From assembly GCA_013239625.1 (NCBI GenBank), contig MU053472.1, positions 1,753,236 through 1,817,235 of the forward strand: a DNA stretch of 64,000 bases, given 5' to 3'. The notes beneath the pieces were generated by a model. The model was not told where the DNA came from and ran no database searches. It saw only the letters and a program-made list of their open reading frames with translations. The stretch comes from Lama guanicoe (taxonomy: Eukaryota). The translations under genes were made by a program, and so were the position numbers. Below are positions 13,765 through 27,479 of the stretch, in pieces (the stretch's first letter is position 1; the number at the start of each line of letters is the position of its first letter).

Positions 13765-14600
13765 GTTTTTTTGTTTAATAAGAGCTTTGTTGACATATAA
13801 AATATTAAAAGTGTACAATTTGATAAGGTTTGACATGTATATACAACTGTGAAACCATCACCATAATTAACATGATAAATATATCCACCACCTCAAATGT
13901 ATTCTCATTTCTCTTTGTAATCTGTCTCCCCTGCCCTACTTCACCCCTGCCTCAAGCACTGAGCCTCAGGCAACCGCTCTTCTGCTCTGTGTACTATAGT
14001 TTATAATTTGTAGAATTTTATATAAACAGAATCAGAATGTGTACTATTTTTGCCTTCTTTCTCCCAGCAAAATTATTTTGATTTATCCTTGTTGTTTTAT
14101 TTTTGATAATTCATTTCTTTTTAAATTGAGATGCGATTTACATACAATACAATTTACCCACTTAACGTGAATTTTCACTGGTTTGTGCACCCACCACCAC
14201 AATCAATTTTCATAAACCCCGAAAGAAACCTGGTACCGATGAGCAGTCACTCCCCATTTTCCTTCAACCCTTCAGCCATAGGCAACTGCCAGATTACTTT
14301 CTGTCAGTGTATTTACCAATCTGGACATTTCATATAAATGGAATCATGCAAAATGTGACCTGTTGGTTGACTTCTTTCACTTAGCATAGTGTTTTCAAGT
14401 TCCATGTTGTAGCTTGTAGCAGAATGTCATTCCTTTTTTAAGGCCAGATAACATCCTATTGCATGGATATACCATATGTTGTTTATCCATTCATCAGTTG
14501 ATGGACATTTGCACTGTTTAGCTGTCATGAATTATACTGCTAAGAATATTCACGTACAAATTTTTGTGTGGTCATATATGTTTTCAGTTGTCTTTGATAT
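13765..14600 (-). mobile_element. Two adjacent old L1M (L1MB/MC-like) 3' ends, about 13765-14110 and 14112-14600
   Basis: gtgtacaatttgataagg ... gtgaaaccatcaccata; ctggacatttcatataaatggaatcat ... cttctttcacttagcata ... tttatccattcatcagttgatggacattt. Confidence 0.85.
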
Positions 14601-15706
14601 GTGCCTTTGAGAGTACCTCCCTCTGAACTCTTCTCCTTGCATCTTTGTGTTTTTCTGGGACTTTTGTAGGTCTTGTGTTTTTTTGTCTATCCCACATATA
14701 GGGCTTTAGTGCTTCCCTTATTTCAAGTCTCATGCTCACTGCAAATACAGAGTATATTGAGACAGCCATTAAGGGGAATGGAAACTAATGTAAATAGATT
14801 GGAAAGTTGCCTTGAAAGTGATTCCCCAAGATATAATGGTTAAGCACTATAGAAATGTTTCGTAACACTCAGAGTCCTTCTCAAAACTACATAATCATTA
14901 GAACCATTATAATCTAGTATAAAGAGGGAGAAATAAAATCTAGAATAAAACCCATTCAATATAGTGTACAATTGTACAGAAGAGACAGAAAAAAAATTGG
15001 TCCTGACATGTATAGTAGGAAACAGACAAAAATGGATATGAAAATGATCTCTCTCCGTTTGACATTTTAAAATATTCTTATATTGATTTTTGGAGGCTCC
15101 AGCATTCTTTACTACTACTTTACTGCACTGGATTGATCTGATCAATATCTTATTTATCAGGCTATTTCAGAGTGGGCAGATCTAATTAAAATTACTGCAC
15201 CATCATTGAAATAAGTGGCTTATTTTGGAACTTAGATACTAATTAGGTCTATAATAAGTCAATCATTCACTCTGTTTTAAAATTTTTTTTCTTTTTCCAG
15301 TTTTATTAGGTAGAATTATTACAGTTCGACAGCGATTAACTGACCATTTTCCCTGCTTTATTTTATTTTAAAATATACGTGTATTCTAAGACTAGAGAGC
15401 TCTAACAATTGTCTGAAATTAGTCAAAAATTGGTTGTGGCATTTGAATTCCATACTTCCTCTCTGTTCTGTGTTTTCAGTGTCTTGTCTATCCTATTGGA
15501 GGGTCGTCTGCTATTAAACTAATATGGGCTGTCTGTAATTTGTATGACTCACTGCCACCTTTTTATTCTTTCTAAGCAGATGGCCTCATGTTTCAGGTTT
15601 CAGCACTCCAAGTTCATTTTAATGATTACAAAGATAGTGTGAGTTTATATCATTGTCTATAAGTGGTGACAGTGATGGTGATTTACGTCCCAGCTATTAA
15701 GCTTGA

Positions 15707-15841
<135 letters not shown>

Positions 15842-18180
15842 TAGTTCTCCTTGTTTTTTCCCTTCCATACAGTCTTTTGAGCTTTCATCTTAAAATGCTG
15901 ACTTTTAATGCAACCATGCACATTACCACTGGTCCATAGGCCAGAGGCATGTGAGATATTTAATAGAAACGTAAGTCATAAGCTTTAGCCCACATTAAAT
16001 ATACCTATGCCTGTTCATATTCCCTGGCCATGAGATATACCCCTGAAATTATATGTTGATGGGAAATATCTCGGGGGCTCAAAATTTGTTTTTTAAAACT
16101 GAGAGTACTAGGATATAATAAAGTTTCATAGAATTGCTATCTATTTCTGACATCAACATTGTTTTGGCAGGGTTTTATTTTTGTAGAATTGTACTTGGAA
16201 TAATGAAATACTGATTGCAACTCCATCAGGCTTTAGTTTGTTTACTTTTAGACTTAAGCTTTAACATTTGTAGAGACTGATCTGGGTTCTTCTCTTCACT
16301 TAAGAAGGAAGAGAAAATGTACACTGAACTAGAAACAGCCTTCTTTGTAGGTGAGGCCTTAAAAGCTAATTTAATATTTATTATCCAGTTTGTGGTCATA
16401 GAATTAAAAATTTTTTACAGTTATAATTCAATTCTGTAGAATTGACTGGATCCCTAATTTAACTTGATGGCTCTGAGTACTGCATGTTTTAAGGAAACTT
16501 CCTAAAGATCAACATTGACATGTTTTTAATGGAGTTTTGTTGCATCAAACTTATTTTCTTGCCTTCCTGTATTATGTAGCACGAAGTAAAATATTTCTAA
16601 AACCTTTTTATTTTATGTTTCTAATGTGTTACATGTTACACTGGAAACAGAGGCAGTTCATTGGCTTTGCTCTAAAGTTATGAAGCTTCATAATTGTAAC
16701 AAATAGTTGGCATTCTTGCTCTCTTACAAACTTGAACTCACTGACTCTTCTAGCACATATTTCTTGGGTGACTTCTATGTGTCGGGCACTTGTGGTTTAA
16801 ATGTGAATAGTATGTTGCTTCTGTCCTCAGAGAATTCACTATCTAACTTGAGACAGGAGTTCAATCAAAAGGTAAAAGAAAATGAGACGGGTGCATCAGG
16901 GAAGGATGGCACATTGAAGTATGAGGGCAGGACTTAAGTTGCCAAAGCTTTCACAGAGGGAGGGATATTAGGTAAGTGGTTTTCTGGTTCAGGAAGCAGA
17001 GTCCATAAAAGTTGTTAGGTTCTAGGCTCTCTGAGCATATATTTAACTCTTTCCTATGACTTGGCAAAAACATGACATTTTTATAATATCAGTGTTTATG
17101 AGGACATCTCCCCCTACCTCTCAACAGGGGCGAAAATAACTAATTGTTGAATCAAGTGTGGTTGACTCTTTCAGAATTAATACTGGTTTTCTTTGTTTAC
17201 TTATTTTGATAGGTCTTTTCAGTAGACAAATAGTAGCAAGTTCCAAAGATGTGAGAAAAAGACATGGGGAGAAAAAAAGTAACTATCTCTATTCCTTAAT
17301 TTTTTTGTTCTGGCGAATTAAATTGATGGATATGATTTTATATTAACAGCTCGAATCCCCTTTGTCCCGTTCTTAGAACTGCAAAAATCCCCAGGTGCAC
17401 GGTTGAAGAACTGCCACTGTAGGCAGTAGCAAGCCGTCAAATGTTTTCAAGCCCCATCAGAACTGTGTGTTAGAAAGATCACTCTGGCAGTGTTGTAATA
17501 AGAGGTTCGGAGGAGGGGGCGGGGTGGAGGCTGGGTGATCCTGGAGCAAGATGAGAGGGCTTTAATTAAGGCTGTATTAAAGAGAAGACAGGACAAACTG
17601 AGATGTTGCTCCTAGAACAGAATTAGACAACCTGAAAGAAAGTCATCAGTGATGATTCTACAGCGTCTAAATAAAATATGTGTTGTAATGCATTTCATGT
17701 TAGGCCTTTTGAATTCCAGGTGCATTAGCATTGGGATAAGGATGAAAAGGCCTGGTTTTTAGCTCCAAACCACCTCTCAATAACTTGATAAATGTAAAAT
17801 ATCAATAATAATACTTGCTCTTAGAAAGGTAGTATTATGATCAATGAAGTGATGCTAAACTGACATCCTTTAAAAACTGTAAAACAATCTATACACTTAA
17901 GCATCATTCTGAACCTTTGTTTCTTATCTCAGAAGTGCCTGATTTCAAATAATAAACTTCAGGTACTTCACAATGGAATGTCTATTCTGACTATGTACTT
18001 CTGAGTATGTTGCAAGATCTGTTATCTAAGTGACAGATGTAATTAATATGTTTCCTCTTACCTTGTGAAATGTTACCATAAATAAAACTTAATGGGTTAA
18101 AAGTACCTTATAGACAGATAATTCTGTAATGATTATTATATTGCTTCTTTACATTGACACTACAGACAGATTTAGCCTGT

Positions 18181-18318
18181 TTTATTTTTATTTTTATTAT
18201 CATTATTACTATTATTACTACTACTACTTTTTTTTTAAATGGAGGTACTGAGGATTGAACCCAGGATCTCGTGCATGCCAAGCATGCAATCTACCACTGA
18301 GCTATACCCCTCAACCCC
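18181..18318 (-). mobile_element. Vic-1-type tRNA-Ala-derived camelid SINE
   Basis: Reverse complement reads ggggtatagctcagtggtagattgcatgcttggcatgcacgagatcctgggttcaatcctcagtacctcca (A and B boxes), followed by an A-rich tail. Confidence 0.88.
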
Positions 18319-20129
18319 AGCCTGGGTTTTAAAGTCATGTTTTCTTAAAATAGAGAAAGGCTATTTGATTGAAAGTCCTGGTCATGCTAGTATATTACAT
18401 GACTGAGGCAATTAAATACGCAGAACATGGACATCTGCATCAGAAGAATAAAAGCTGAAATACACTTGGTAAGAGCCAATGATGGGGCCAGTTTAGAGAG
18501 AATGCCTCTACCTGCCCATCTTTTGAACCCTTTATGCAAGTTAGAGCCTCATTAAGAATACTTTCTTATTACTTTCTTGCCTTCTCTCCAATTCCCCATG
18601 CTGAAGCCAAATGAAAAGATCTTGTGACCTCTTGAAACACAAGTATACAGTACCTGATGGCAGGAAGTTTTTTGTTTTACTTAACTGCATTGAAAATCAC
18701 TTCTTATTTCCCAACTTGCAGACTGTTGATAAATATATTACTAGAAGTATTTTCAAATATAACCATTTGGAGTAAAACTCTAAAGCGAACTTCACAAATG
18801 TTGCCAACATTTTCTTTGATTGTATTTGGATCTGTGGATCAAGTGAAACAGACTTGCACAAACTCCGGAAATTATAATAATAGTGGACAAAGAATGATGT
18901 AAATGGAAATGGGAAAGAGTCTGTCTCAAGTTGAAGAGAGTAGGAGAGCAGGATGTTTAGCAAGGAATCCCCCCTCCCCTTTCAGCCCTGTAGTCATAAT
19001 AAATACACTGCTAGTTGATAAACAACGTTCTGCGTATGTGGCAGAAGGGTGGCTGCTAGGGAGGGAAAGGGAGACCTGCCTGGAACACTAAAGGCTTCTT
19101 ACCTAAATTTAGCGAAGTAAGTAAAACCCCGAAATTTTGTATTCTTAACTGTAGTCACATTTCCTACCTATATTAATTGAATGGAATGATACAAAATTGA
19201 GCAATTTTAGTGTATCTTAAATTGACTCATACAAGAGTGCTCCTTACAAAGCCACTATGGAGGTGGTGATGACTTCTTTGGTATTAGGATGAACTGTAAG
19301 AAGTTGCCATTTTGAGTAAGTGAAGTCATATGGTTTGAGCAGATCGATTAGGTTATATGCGTGAAGTGATGTGCAGGCAGTAATCTAATTTCACAGTATA
19401 ACTCAGTAAAGGTAAAAGTCAGGCATCTAATATCATAAAGAAGGCTTTGCCTTGGTCTCATAAGAAATCTTGGGAATAGTTTATAAAAAGATTATAGCAG
19501 AGAAGATTAATGATTTTTGTGTTAACAGTATTTTTTTCTTCCTTCATAAATATTGCATACTATAGTTACCGTCCCTAAAACAGGCATTTTATTTTAGTGT
19601 ATCCTTTGCCCCAAACAAAGATAAACATTAGACGGGCCTGACAAATATCCACCAGCTTTGAATATGATCCCAAAGGAGACAATACTTTTTCTTTCTTTTG
19701 CTTTAGAGCTTCCCAAATTGTAAATTAGAAACAGGGCTTACTGAGCTGACTTGGAAAAGTTTTATTTAGGGGAAAATAGTGTTTCCTCCTTTTCTCTCAG
19801 CTATTTTGGCAGCAGCAGTATTTTGAAGTTGCTGACATTAACTAGCTCTGTTGGGGGGAGGTCAGACTTTGAACTTCTTTCTGAGATAATCTATGGGTAT
19901 GTGAGAAGTTCTTCCCGAAAAGCTCCCTGAAATTTTTGTTTGTTTGTTACATTGTAACAAAGGACTATTCAACAGAAATATAACTGATACACAATAGAAA
20001 GGTGACTGGGATCCACAGAAGCTCCCTCTGTTTTATTGGGGATATAATTGTGTTTCTCTACCTTCTTCTAAAGGCATTATAGGAAAGGTGGGGAGAGCTT
20101 TTGATGCCAGATGGAAGGGAATGAAGAAC

Positions 20130-21425
20130 CCTGAAAATGGTTAAAACTGTGTGTGGGTTTTTTGGTAATTATCTAAGTGTCTTTAAAATATAAATCACTG
20201 TTAAGACAAAAACAGTATCAATGTATTGTGATCTTTAAAATGTGTGTGTGTGTGTGTGTGTGTAAGTGTAATATATGACACCAGTAGCATAAAGGCCAGG
20301 AGTGTGGGAAATGGAATTAGATTATTGTCTGGTTTTTATAGTATATGTGACTTCAACATCACTTGAAGGGAAACTCAAATAAAAAGCAACCTATGCCAAA
20401 AAAGGAAATAAAATGTAAACAACCCTAGGCATATCAGTACTCAAGTCTAAATATCCTAATAAAAAGTTAGAGATTGTCAAATTTGATTAAAAACAAATGC
20501 TGCCAAGGAAAAACACTTTAAACGCTCAGTTGCTACATTAATATCAGACCAAGTAGAACACTGCACCCAACAACAGTAGACCATACATTCTTTTCAAGTG
20601 CAGAGGGAACACTGATCAATATAGATCTTCTCCTGGGCCATTTGAAAACAAATCTCAATAAATATAAAAGCTCTCAGGCCATACAAAGTATGTGTATTCT
20701 CTGACCACAAATGGAATTAAATAAGTAATGATTAACACATCTCTGAAAAATCCAGAAATGTTTGGAAACCAGACACTGTACTTCCACATGATGCAAAGTT
20801 CACAGGAGAAATTAAAAGGGAAAATTGAAACTATTTTTCACTGAATGAAAATGAAAACAGAGCACATCCCTATCTTAGTATTGTCTTCCTATTCAGGGGG
20901 GAAAAAAAGTAGATTGAACTATAAACCCATGCAACACGTTGAATGAATCTCTGGGACATCATGAGAAGTGAAAAAAAAAAAAAGCCAGTCTCAAAACTTT
21001 GAATGCTACAAATCTCAAAGCACCAAGAGGAAATAAAGATCCCATTTATATAACATTTTCAGAATGACAGAATTAGAGAGTTGAATAATAGATTAGTGTT
21101 GACCAGCGCTTAGAGGCAGAGTATGAGAGAAGGTGTCGAATGTGACTGTAAAGGCTTAGGTAGATCTTTGTGGTGATGGGACAGTTCTGTATCTTGACTA
21201 TAGTAGAGGTTACACAAATTAACGTGTGTGTGATAAAATGGAATAGATCTATACACACTCACTCTCTTTGTGTCTCACACAAAATGAGTGTGTATAAAAT
21301 TGTATACGTAAAACTGGTGAAGTATGAATAAGGTCTGTGAACACTTGCCTGGTTTTGAAACTAGGTGCAGGGTGTACAAGACTCCTCTGTGCTATTTTAC
21401 AACTTCTTATGCATCAGAAGTTTAG
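20130..21425 (+). mobile_element. Old L1M fragments (degenerate ORF2 endonuclease region and 3' UTR)
   Basis: agaacactgcacccaacaacagtagaccatacattcttttcaagtgca; tctctgaccacaaatggaattaaa; tgaatgaatctc ... agtgaaaaaa ... gccagtctcaaa. Confidence 0.8.
20241..20263. repeat. (TG)11 microsatellite
   Basis: Direct reading of the sequence. Confidence 0.95.
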
Positions 21426-24278
21426 AGAAGATAGAAAAATGTGTGGGACAGCACCAAATCATACTCAGGGTGATATTGCGATCTGTTGTTTTACTGGTTT
21501 CACAATACAGTGGTTTTCAACATGTTGATACATAAAGAGGGGGAGAAAGTGTTGGTCTCCTCTACCATAGTCATTATCAGTGCCCTGGAAAAGCAGTTTT
21601 CCAAAGTGCTGTCTTTTGAGTGTTACATTCGATTTAACCTAACATCCTGCATTGCATCGCTGTTGTGGTATGTACCAAGCATGGTGGAGGGACTCAACAA
21701 TATTTCCTTGCATTGTCCATAATAAATATTTGCCCAAGAGTGGGTAGGGTGGAAGGGGAAAGAAAGAAATGTTTTTCTCCTGTAGAGGAAACTTGTAACG
21801 TAGGACTTATTTATAGAGTATTTATAGTCCATTGTTGGCCACTGGGTGTGTCACGCTGCTTGTCCAGGTCTGAGTATCTGAGGTAGTTAAGAAACTACTT
21901 CAGATTGAATTATGTTTGATGGATTCTCTTATTTCTACTTAACTTTATGAACTGACACATATCCTTCCATGGAGAAATGATTTTAGTCACATGAATGATG
22001 TTTTTTCTTCAAGAAACTAGAACTTTGAGAAATACTGACCCTGAATTTAGCCATATGTATGTTGTATAACTTGGGGAATATTATGAAATGTAATACCTCT
22101 TCTTCTTCAATGAAAAGATGTCGTATAGGCAAATGAAAGTACCCCTAGCAGTCTGCAAGCTTCCTAAATGATGGGTTGAAGCATTTAGGTTAGATGGCCC
22201 CCTTTCCCTCTTCCTTCCCTTTGTTTTTATGGGATACACGCTATCTGGTGGTGCCCATATCTTTAAATAGATCTTCACACGTATGCAGTAGTTCATTGCG
22301 TTTCTCTGTCATTGTTGATTTGTTGTTGAGTGTTTCACATCAGACGCCCTTTCTATTCCAATATAATGACCTGTACTCTATTCTAAAGTAAATCTTGGCA
22401 TTTCTGTCATTTGCTTTAGAATTTATCATTTGGGAGAAAATGACAGTTTACATGTCAAACCACCTTCCTGTCATAATTGTTCTTAAAATTGAAATGAAAC
22501 AAAAGGGAAGTTTTAATAGAGGGCTGTTTTGTACTTTTAAATATATCTCTTACTTTTATTTTACAAAATTTTAAGTGATATTGAAACTTACTGTTCCTCT
22601 AGTTTCTTTTATGACATGCTTTTTTCCCGGGTACAGTTGATAATATTTTCCCATTGATGACATTAATATTCATTGCCATCACATTGGAAGATTTTGACTG
22701 GGATGAAACACTAATTATGGTGGATTAAAGAAAAATAATCTATTGGTCACTAAGCCTCTAGTCCACGAGTACTTCTGCTTCTGATGTCATTTACTCTGTC
22801 CCACTAGAGTTTAAGGTTCTTATAGTCACACACCACAGATACATACGGAATGTGCATTTTGTTAATTATGTAGTGGGGATGTAGGGTGGAGGGTCTGAGG
22901 ATATCTGTTTGCCCTCTCCAAAAATGGGGCGCTAAAACAGAATGGTCTGTGGCTGCCTACTTGCGATCATGTAATGGGTTGATATTGGCAGGAGCTTGTG
23001 GTTTGATGTGCCATCGCTTCCATCAGTCAGGTTAATTGCTAACAAATGACTGAATGGGAACTTAGGGGGAATGCTACAGCCGTCTGCTCTGTCAGTGGTA
23101 ACGGGAGTTCTGGCGCCATTTCAGGGTCACTATTTGTATCTGTCTATCAGAGTTAGAATACAGTTGTTTCTCTCAGTTTCAGCCTTCTCTATAGAATTTC
23201 TGTCAATTGTTTGACTCCATTAAGTGTGCAGAGGAAATAAAAGCCTGAATGACCAATCCACCAGGGGCTATGGATAGACCCTTTCATTGTCCATACTCCG
23301 AGCACTGCATTAGGTCTCATTATCCATTTATAATAAGCGACCTCTGCCCCCTGGGTCATTGAAAAATATTCAGTGTGCTTTTCTGACACATAGGGCACCT
23401 TTCTCAGCAGACACATCAAACAATGGGACGTCTGCTAGTCTGGAGGACTAAGACACATTGCAGGTTTTTAAATACACAGAGATCATTCTGCAATTTGCTC
23501 TTGCATGGTTCATAAATGGCCTATGGGAGCCTGATGTCTGGAAGATGAATGTAACGTTCTTTCCTCTTTACTTTTTCTTCTGTTAAAATTTTTGTTGTTG
23601 TTGTTGCCATGTTTTTCAGTTTTGTTTTCCGTGAAGAATTTGGCTTCATCTCTGCGTTTGCATTTCCTGATAGAGAAATTTGGGAAGATTTGGATGTAGT
23701 GAATTGAGAGAGTCATCATCTTTGGAAAGCATTTGTCAAATATGGCCAGTGTAGCTCTGGAGGTTATCTATGACATGTCAAAAACCCGTCTTCTGTTCCT
23801 GTGCTCTGCCCAAGATGGTAGTGATTAAATACCCTGCTGAAAAGTATGAGAAAGAATTTGACACATCCTTGGTCACTCTAGTCCAGATTTCTTCTGTGAT
23901 GTAAATTTGGGCCACCTACTAGAAAGCTCTGCTCATCCAGTGGTTCTGTCTCCAGCCCCTGGTGCACAGACAGGCTCTGGAAAAGGTGGAGGTAGCATAG
24001 TGATTAGTGAATGAAATGTACTTCATCCAGTATAAAGTCAAAAAACTGTCATGTCCAGAGCTTCACACTGTGTAAACTGAAGGTGGCCTTCTGAGTCTTG
24101 ACTCCGGGTTACTAACCATGTGGTCTCAACTCAGTGCCTTGTTAGGTACAGACAGGAGTCTGTCATTTCCCTGAAGTGTGTTGGGGCAGGAAAAAGTAAA
24201 AGATTGAGAGTCACTTCTTTAGTAATTCATATGAAGAAACTTTGAGAATAGGGGAAAATATTGATAACAGTACTTTTT

Positions 24279-24402
24279 TTTGTGGGGGAGGGGGAAAGTA
24301 ATTAGGTTTATTTTTTTTATTTTAATGGAGGTACTGGGGATTGAACCCAGGACCTCATGCATTCTAGGCCTGTGCTCTACCACCGTGTATACCCTCTCCC
24401 CA
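24279..24402 (-). mobile_element. Vic-1-type SINE with 15-bp TSD
   Basis: tRNA-like head on the minus strand. TSD ataacagtacttttt at 24264-24278 and 24403-24417. Confidence 0.92.
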
Positions 24403-26100
24403 ATAACAGTACTTTTTAAGATGCATACATTTCGTTAGTAAAGCCTTGTTGCTCTGTAAGAAGCTTACTTAGTTTGCATTTAGTATCGCATCTGTTGGCT
24501 TGCTCACTTTATTAAAAATATATGAGTCACAAAGGCATTCAAAGAAACCCAGTTTATTACAGTGAATTAGCAGCCACACTGTCTGGTAGAAGCCAGGTAC
24601 CTATTTCAGCAAAGCAGTTTTCGTTATGTGATGTGTATGGCATGCTCGTGGATACCGGGACACAGAGGTGTTACCTCCAAACAATGGCCGTTGAGTTCCA
24701 GCACAGATTTTTCTCTCCAAATCAGTTATGGCAAACCATGTAGTTGTCAGAACTCTCCCCATGACAAGAATTAATATATTAACTGGATTATAGCACCATT
24801 TGACAAATTGCTTACTAAATACATCAAAATTGATTGGCCATTCTGTATTTGAATTGACAAATGGCTGCATTAGGAGAAGGAGGGAAATCCATTAATTATA
24901 GCCGCTCTCAACCATAGGAAATATAATCATATAAATATAGATTTTGCTAAAACAGAAGTCTCTGCTTTATGGTGGTGTTGCTTATATGTGTCCCTGCACC
25001 TCATTGCCCTTAATAGGAACGCTGCTCTTGGCCACTGCCCTTTAAGTAATAAAATAATAATAACAATTTCTGCTGTTATGTGTTTCAGGCTCTCCTGACT
25101 GCATAATAGTTTTTAGTTATTATTCCAGAAAAGTAGGGCATACCAGGGACGCAGCCTTTCTGCTCTGTTCTCAACTTCACCTCTGTTTGTCCGTCTTGAA
25201 CGTTATTTAAGTCAAAAAGCTTTACTTTTGCTCTGATGGTGTGTAAGCTTTTATCATCACTGAATTTCTCATTTCTAGAAAAAAAACGTTTTCTCATGAT
25301 CTTTCTCTTGGAAGACAACCAACCGAGTGACCGAGGCGCGAGGGAGGTGGGCGAGTGCCACGGGCTGCCTCTGTCCGGTTTGAATCTGTTCTCCTAACTG
25401 TTGTCATATGACAGGAGGCTTTCCGCCATGTGATCCTGAGGAACTTGGTGGAGAGACGAGAAACACTGAAGTGCCTTCATTGCCTTTACACCATTAGTTT
25501 CTTGCCTTTTCTACTGTGCTTTCTTTGTCTTTCATGACCACAAGAAGAGCATCAGAACCATCTGTGATGTCAAGTCTGGGTCAGAGCTGAGATTTATAAT
25601 GAATATTTTGGGGCTAGTTTTTTTTTTTTTTTTTCCCCTTCTTCTCTTGGGCACTCTGCTGCCTTCCAAGACTTTTTTTTCCCCAGGTGCTAGTGGTCCT
25701 TCCCAACTTACGTCATTTATACCTTTAAATATGAATCCAAATCAACATTTTCTAAAATGAAATCTTCTAATCCCTCAGAGATACTATAGAGAATGTAAAA
25801 TGCGGCCCCAGGGACTTTGTTTTCTGTTACTGCGTGTAAGGCTTCCTTGAAAGTCTGTAACTTCCTTGTGTTGGGACTTCTGGTCAAAGTAATTTTTCCC
25901 CCATTGTTTGATAGTTTTATATGGTATCTCTGATCAGGATACATAGATGTTTATTAAGATGAGGAAAATGATTATATTAAGTTAAGGAGACATGGAATGC
26001 AGAAATCACAGAGACTCTAAATCAATGATACAGTTTATATTAGGGGATAAACATCTCTCAGCTGTTTCACATGAAAATTTTGATTTAAAATAATGAACCT

Positions 26101-26247
26101 CACAGAGAAAAAAATGTGACAATAAATATATATATGTTCATGTATAACTGAAAAATTGTGCTCTACACTGGAATTTGACACAACATTGTAAAATGATTAT
26201 AAATCAATAAAAAATGTTAAAAAAATAAACTAACAACAACAACAAAA
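26101..26247 (+). mobile_element. Severely 5'-truncated lineage-specific L1 (3' UTR tip plus A-rich tail)
   Basis: Perfect TSD taaaataatgaacct at 26086-26100 and 26248-26262. The body resembles the reverse complement of 27490-27590. Confidence 0.9.
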
Positions 26248-26289
26248 TAAAATAATGAACCTACTTACTAGGTGAAGACATCATGAATT

Positions 26290-26545
26290 GAAGCAGTTTA
26301 TACTTCAGGTTAAGAACATGGTCTGTGGAGTTTGCGGTTCTAAATTCCATTTCTGCTGTTTGCTGTCTGGGTGACACTGGGCACCTAACTTAACCTCCGT
26401 GGGCTTTAGTTTGCCTGTCATTAAAATGGGAATGAATAATAGCTACCCTTACCAGATTGTCACTAGATTAATGAGAGAATTCATCCAAAGAGCTCCACGC
26501 ATTATCTTGGATAGAATGAAAACTTACTAAAGAGAGCCGTTGATT
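26290..26545 (+). mobile_element. MIR SINE
   Basis: gggtgacactgggcacctaacttaacctccgtgggctttagtttgcctgtcattaaaatgggaat. Confidence 0.8.
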
Positions 26546-27167
26546 GTAGGCGGTGTCAACAGGAATAGTATCCTTCTCCTCCTTTGAGGTCTTTCTTGCC
26601 TCTCTCAATCCCAAGTGTTTTGTGCCTGAGATACGACCAGGCAGCACAGCTAAAGATGCTTTGCTGTTAACACGCAGCAGTGCAGAGAAAACATTTGTGC
26701 TCGATCATATCTCTTCTCTTAAGTGGTCATCTGGACAAGTATGGCTGTGTTCTAATGTGAGCATTTTCAAAGCTATAGAAAGAGATTTTACACAGCAATT
26801 CTCATTTATTGTTGCCAGTTGAAAATTTCTCTTAGATACATTTGTTTTGAGCATCCTCATTCCTGTAGTAATTTATAGGGAGTGAGATTTTTCTTGGTGT
26901 CCACTGCATTCTGAAAGGCTCTACTCTAGAATTTCTTTCTGATAGTTGTCTTAAGACTGATACTTTTACCTAAAAATAGGAAAGACTGTCAACCTCTAGA
27001 CAACTGAAATGCCAGAAGAACATTTGATTTTCTGAGATTATCCTTGGAACCACTGTTCACTGTTCCAGGGAGCCTTTTTGTTTTCACTCCATATTATTTG
27101 ACGTTTATAATAAATGTATGTTCATATAATATTACCTAGGTGATTTTCCAAAAAAAGTTTAGAAAGC

Positions 27168-27252
27168 AATGAGAGAGAGAGGAAGAAAGAGAAGAGAGAG
27201 AGAGGGAAAACGGAAGGAAAAGAATGAAAGAAAGGGAGGATGGAAGGACAGA
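27168..27252. repeat. GA-rich polypurine low-complexity tract
   Basis: gagagagagaggaagaaagagaagagagagagagggaaaa... Confidence 0.85.
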
Positions 27253-27479
27253 CTGTTACAATTTGCTATAAAGGTTAGAAGTTAGTAAACTAAAGCTAAA
27301 GATATTAACATGATGATTCTCCCACATTTAGTGCCCTGTGAAAACAAAATAGTCCTGAACACTTCACACAGCTCATAGTCTTGCCAAGAAAACAATCAGT
27401 ATGACTCTGTGTCCCCCTTCAGGTAAAGAAATCTTTGCTCAGTTTTTTTTTTAACATTCATGCAATAGTCTTTAAAATG

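Noticed and set aside
18240..18310. Apparent tRNA-Ala gene (and three similar copies)
   Set aside because: Broken stems, A-rich tails and TSDs on two of the copies show these are SINEs, not functional tRNAs.
25672..25695. Possible recursive splice site ttttttttccccAG|GTgcta
   Set aside because: The regenerated donor is far from consensus.
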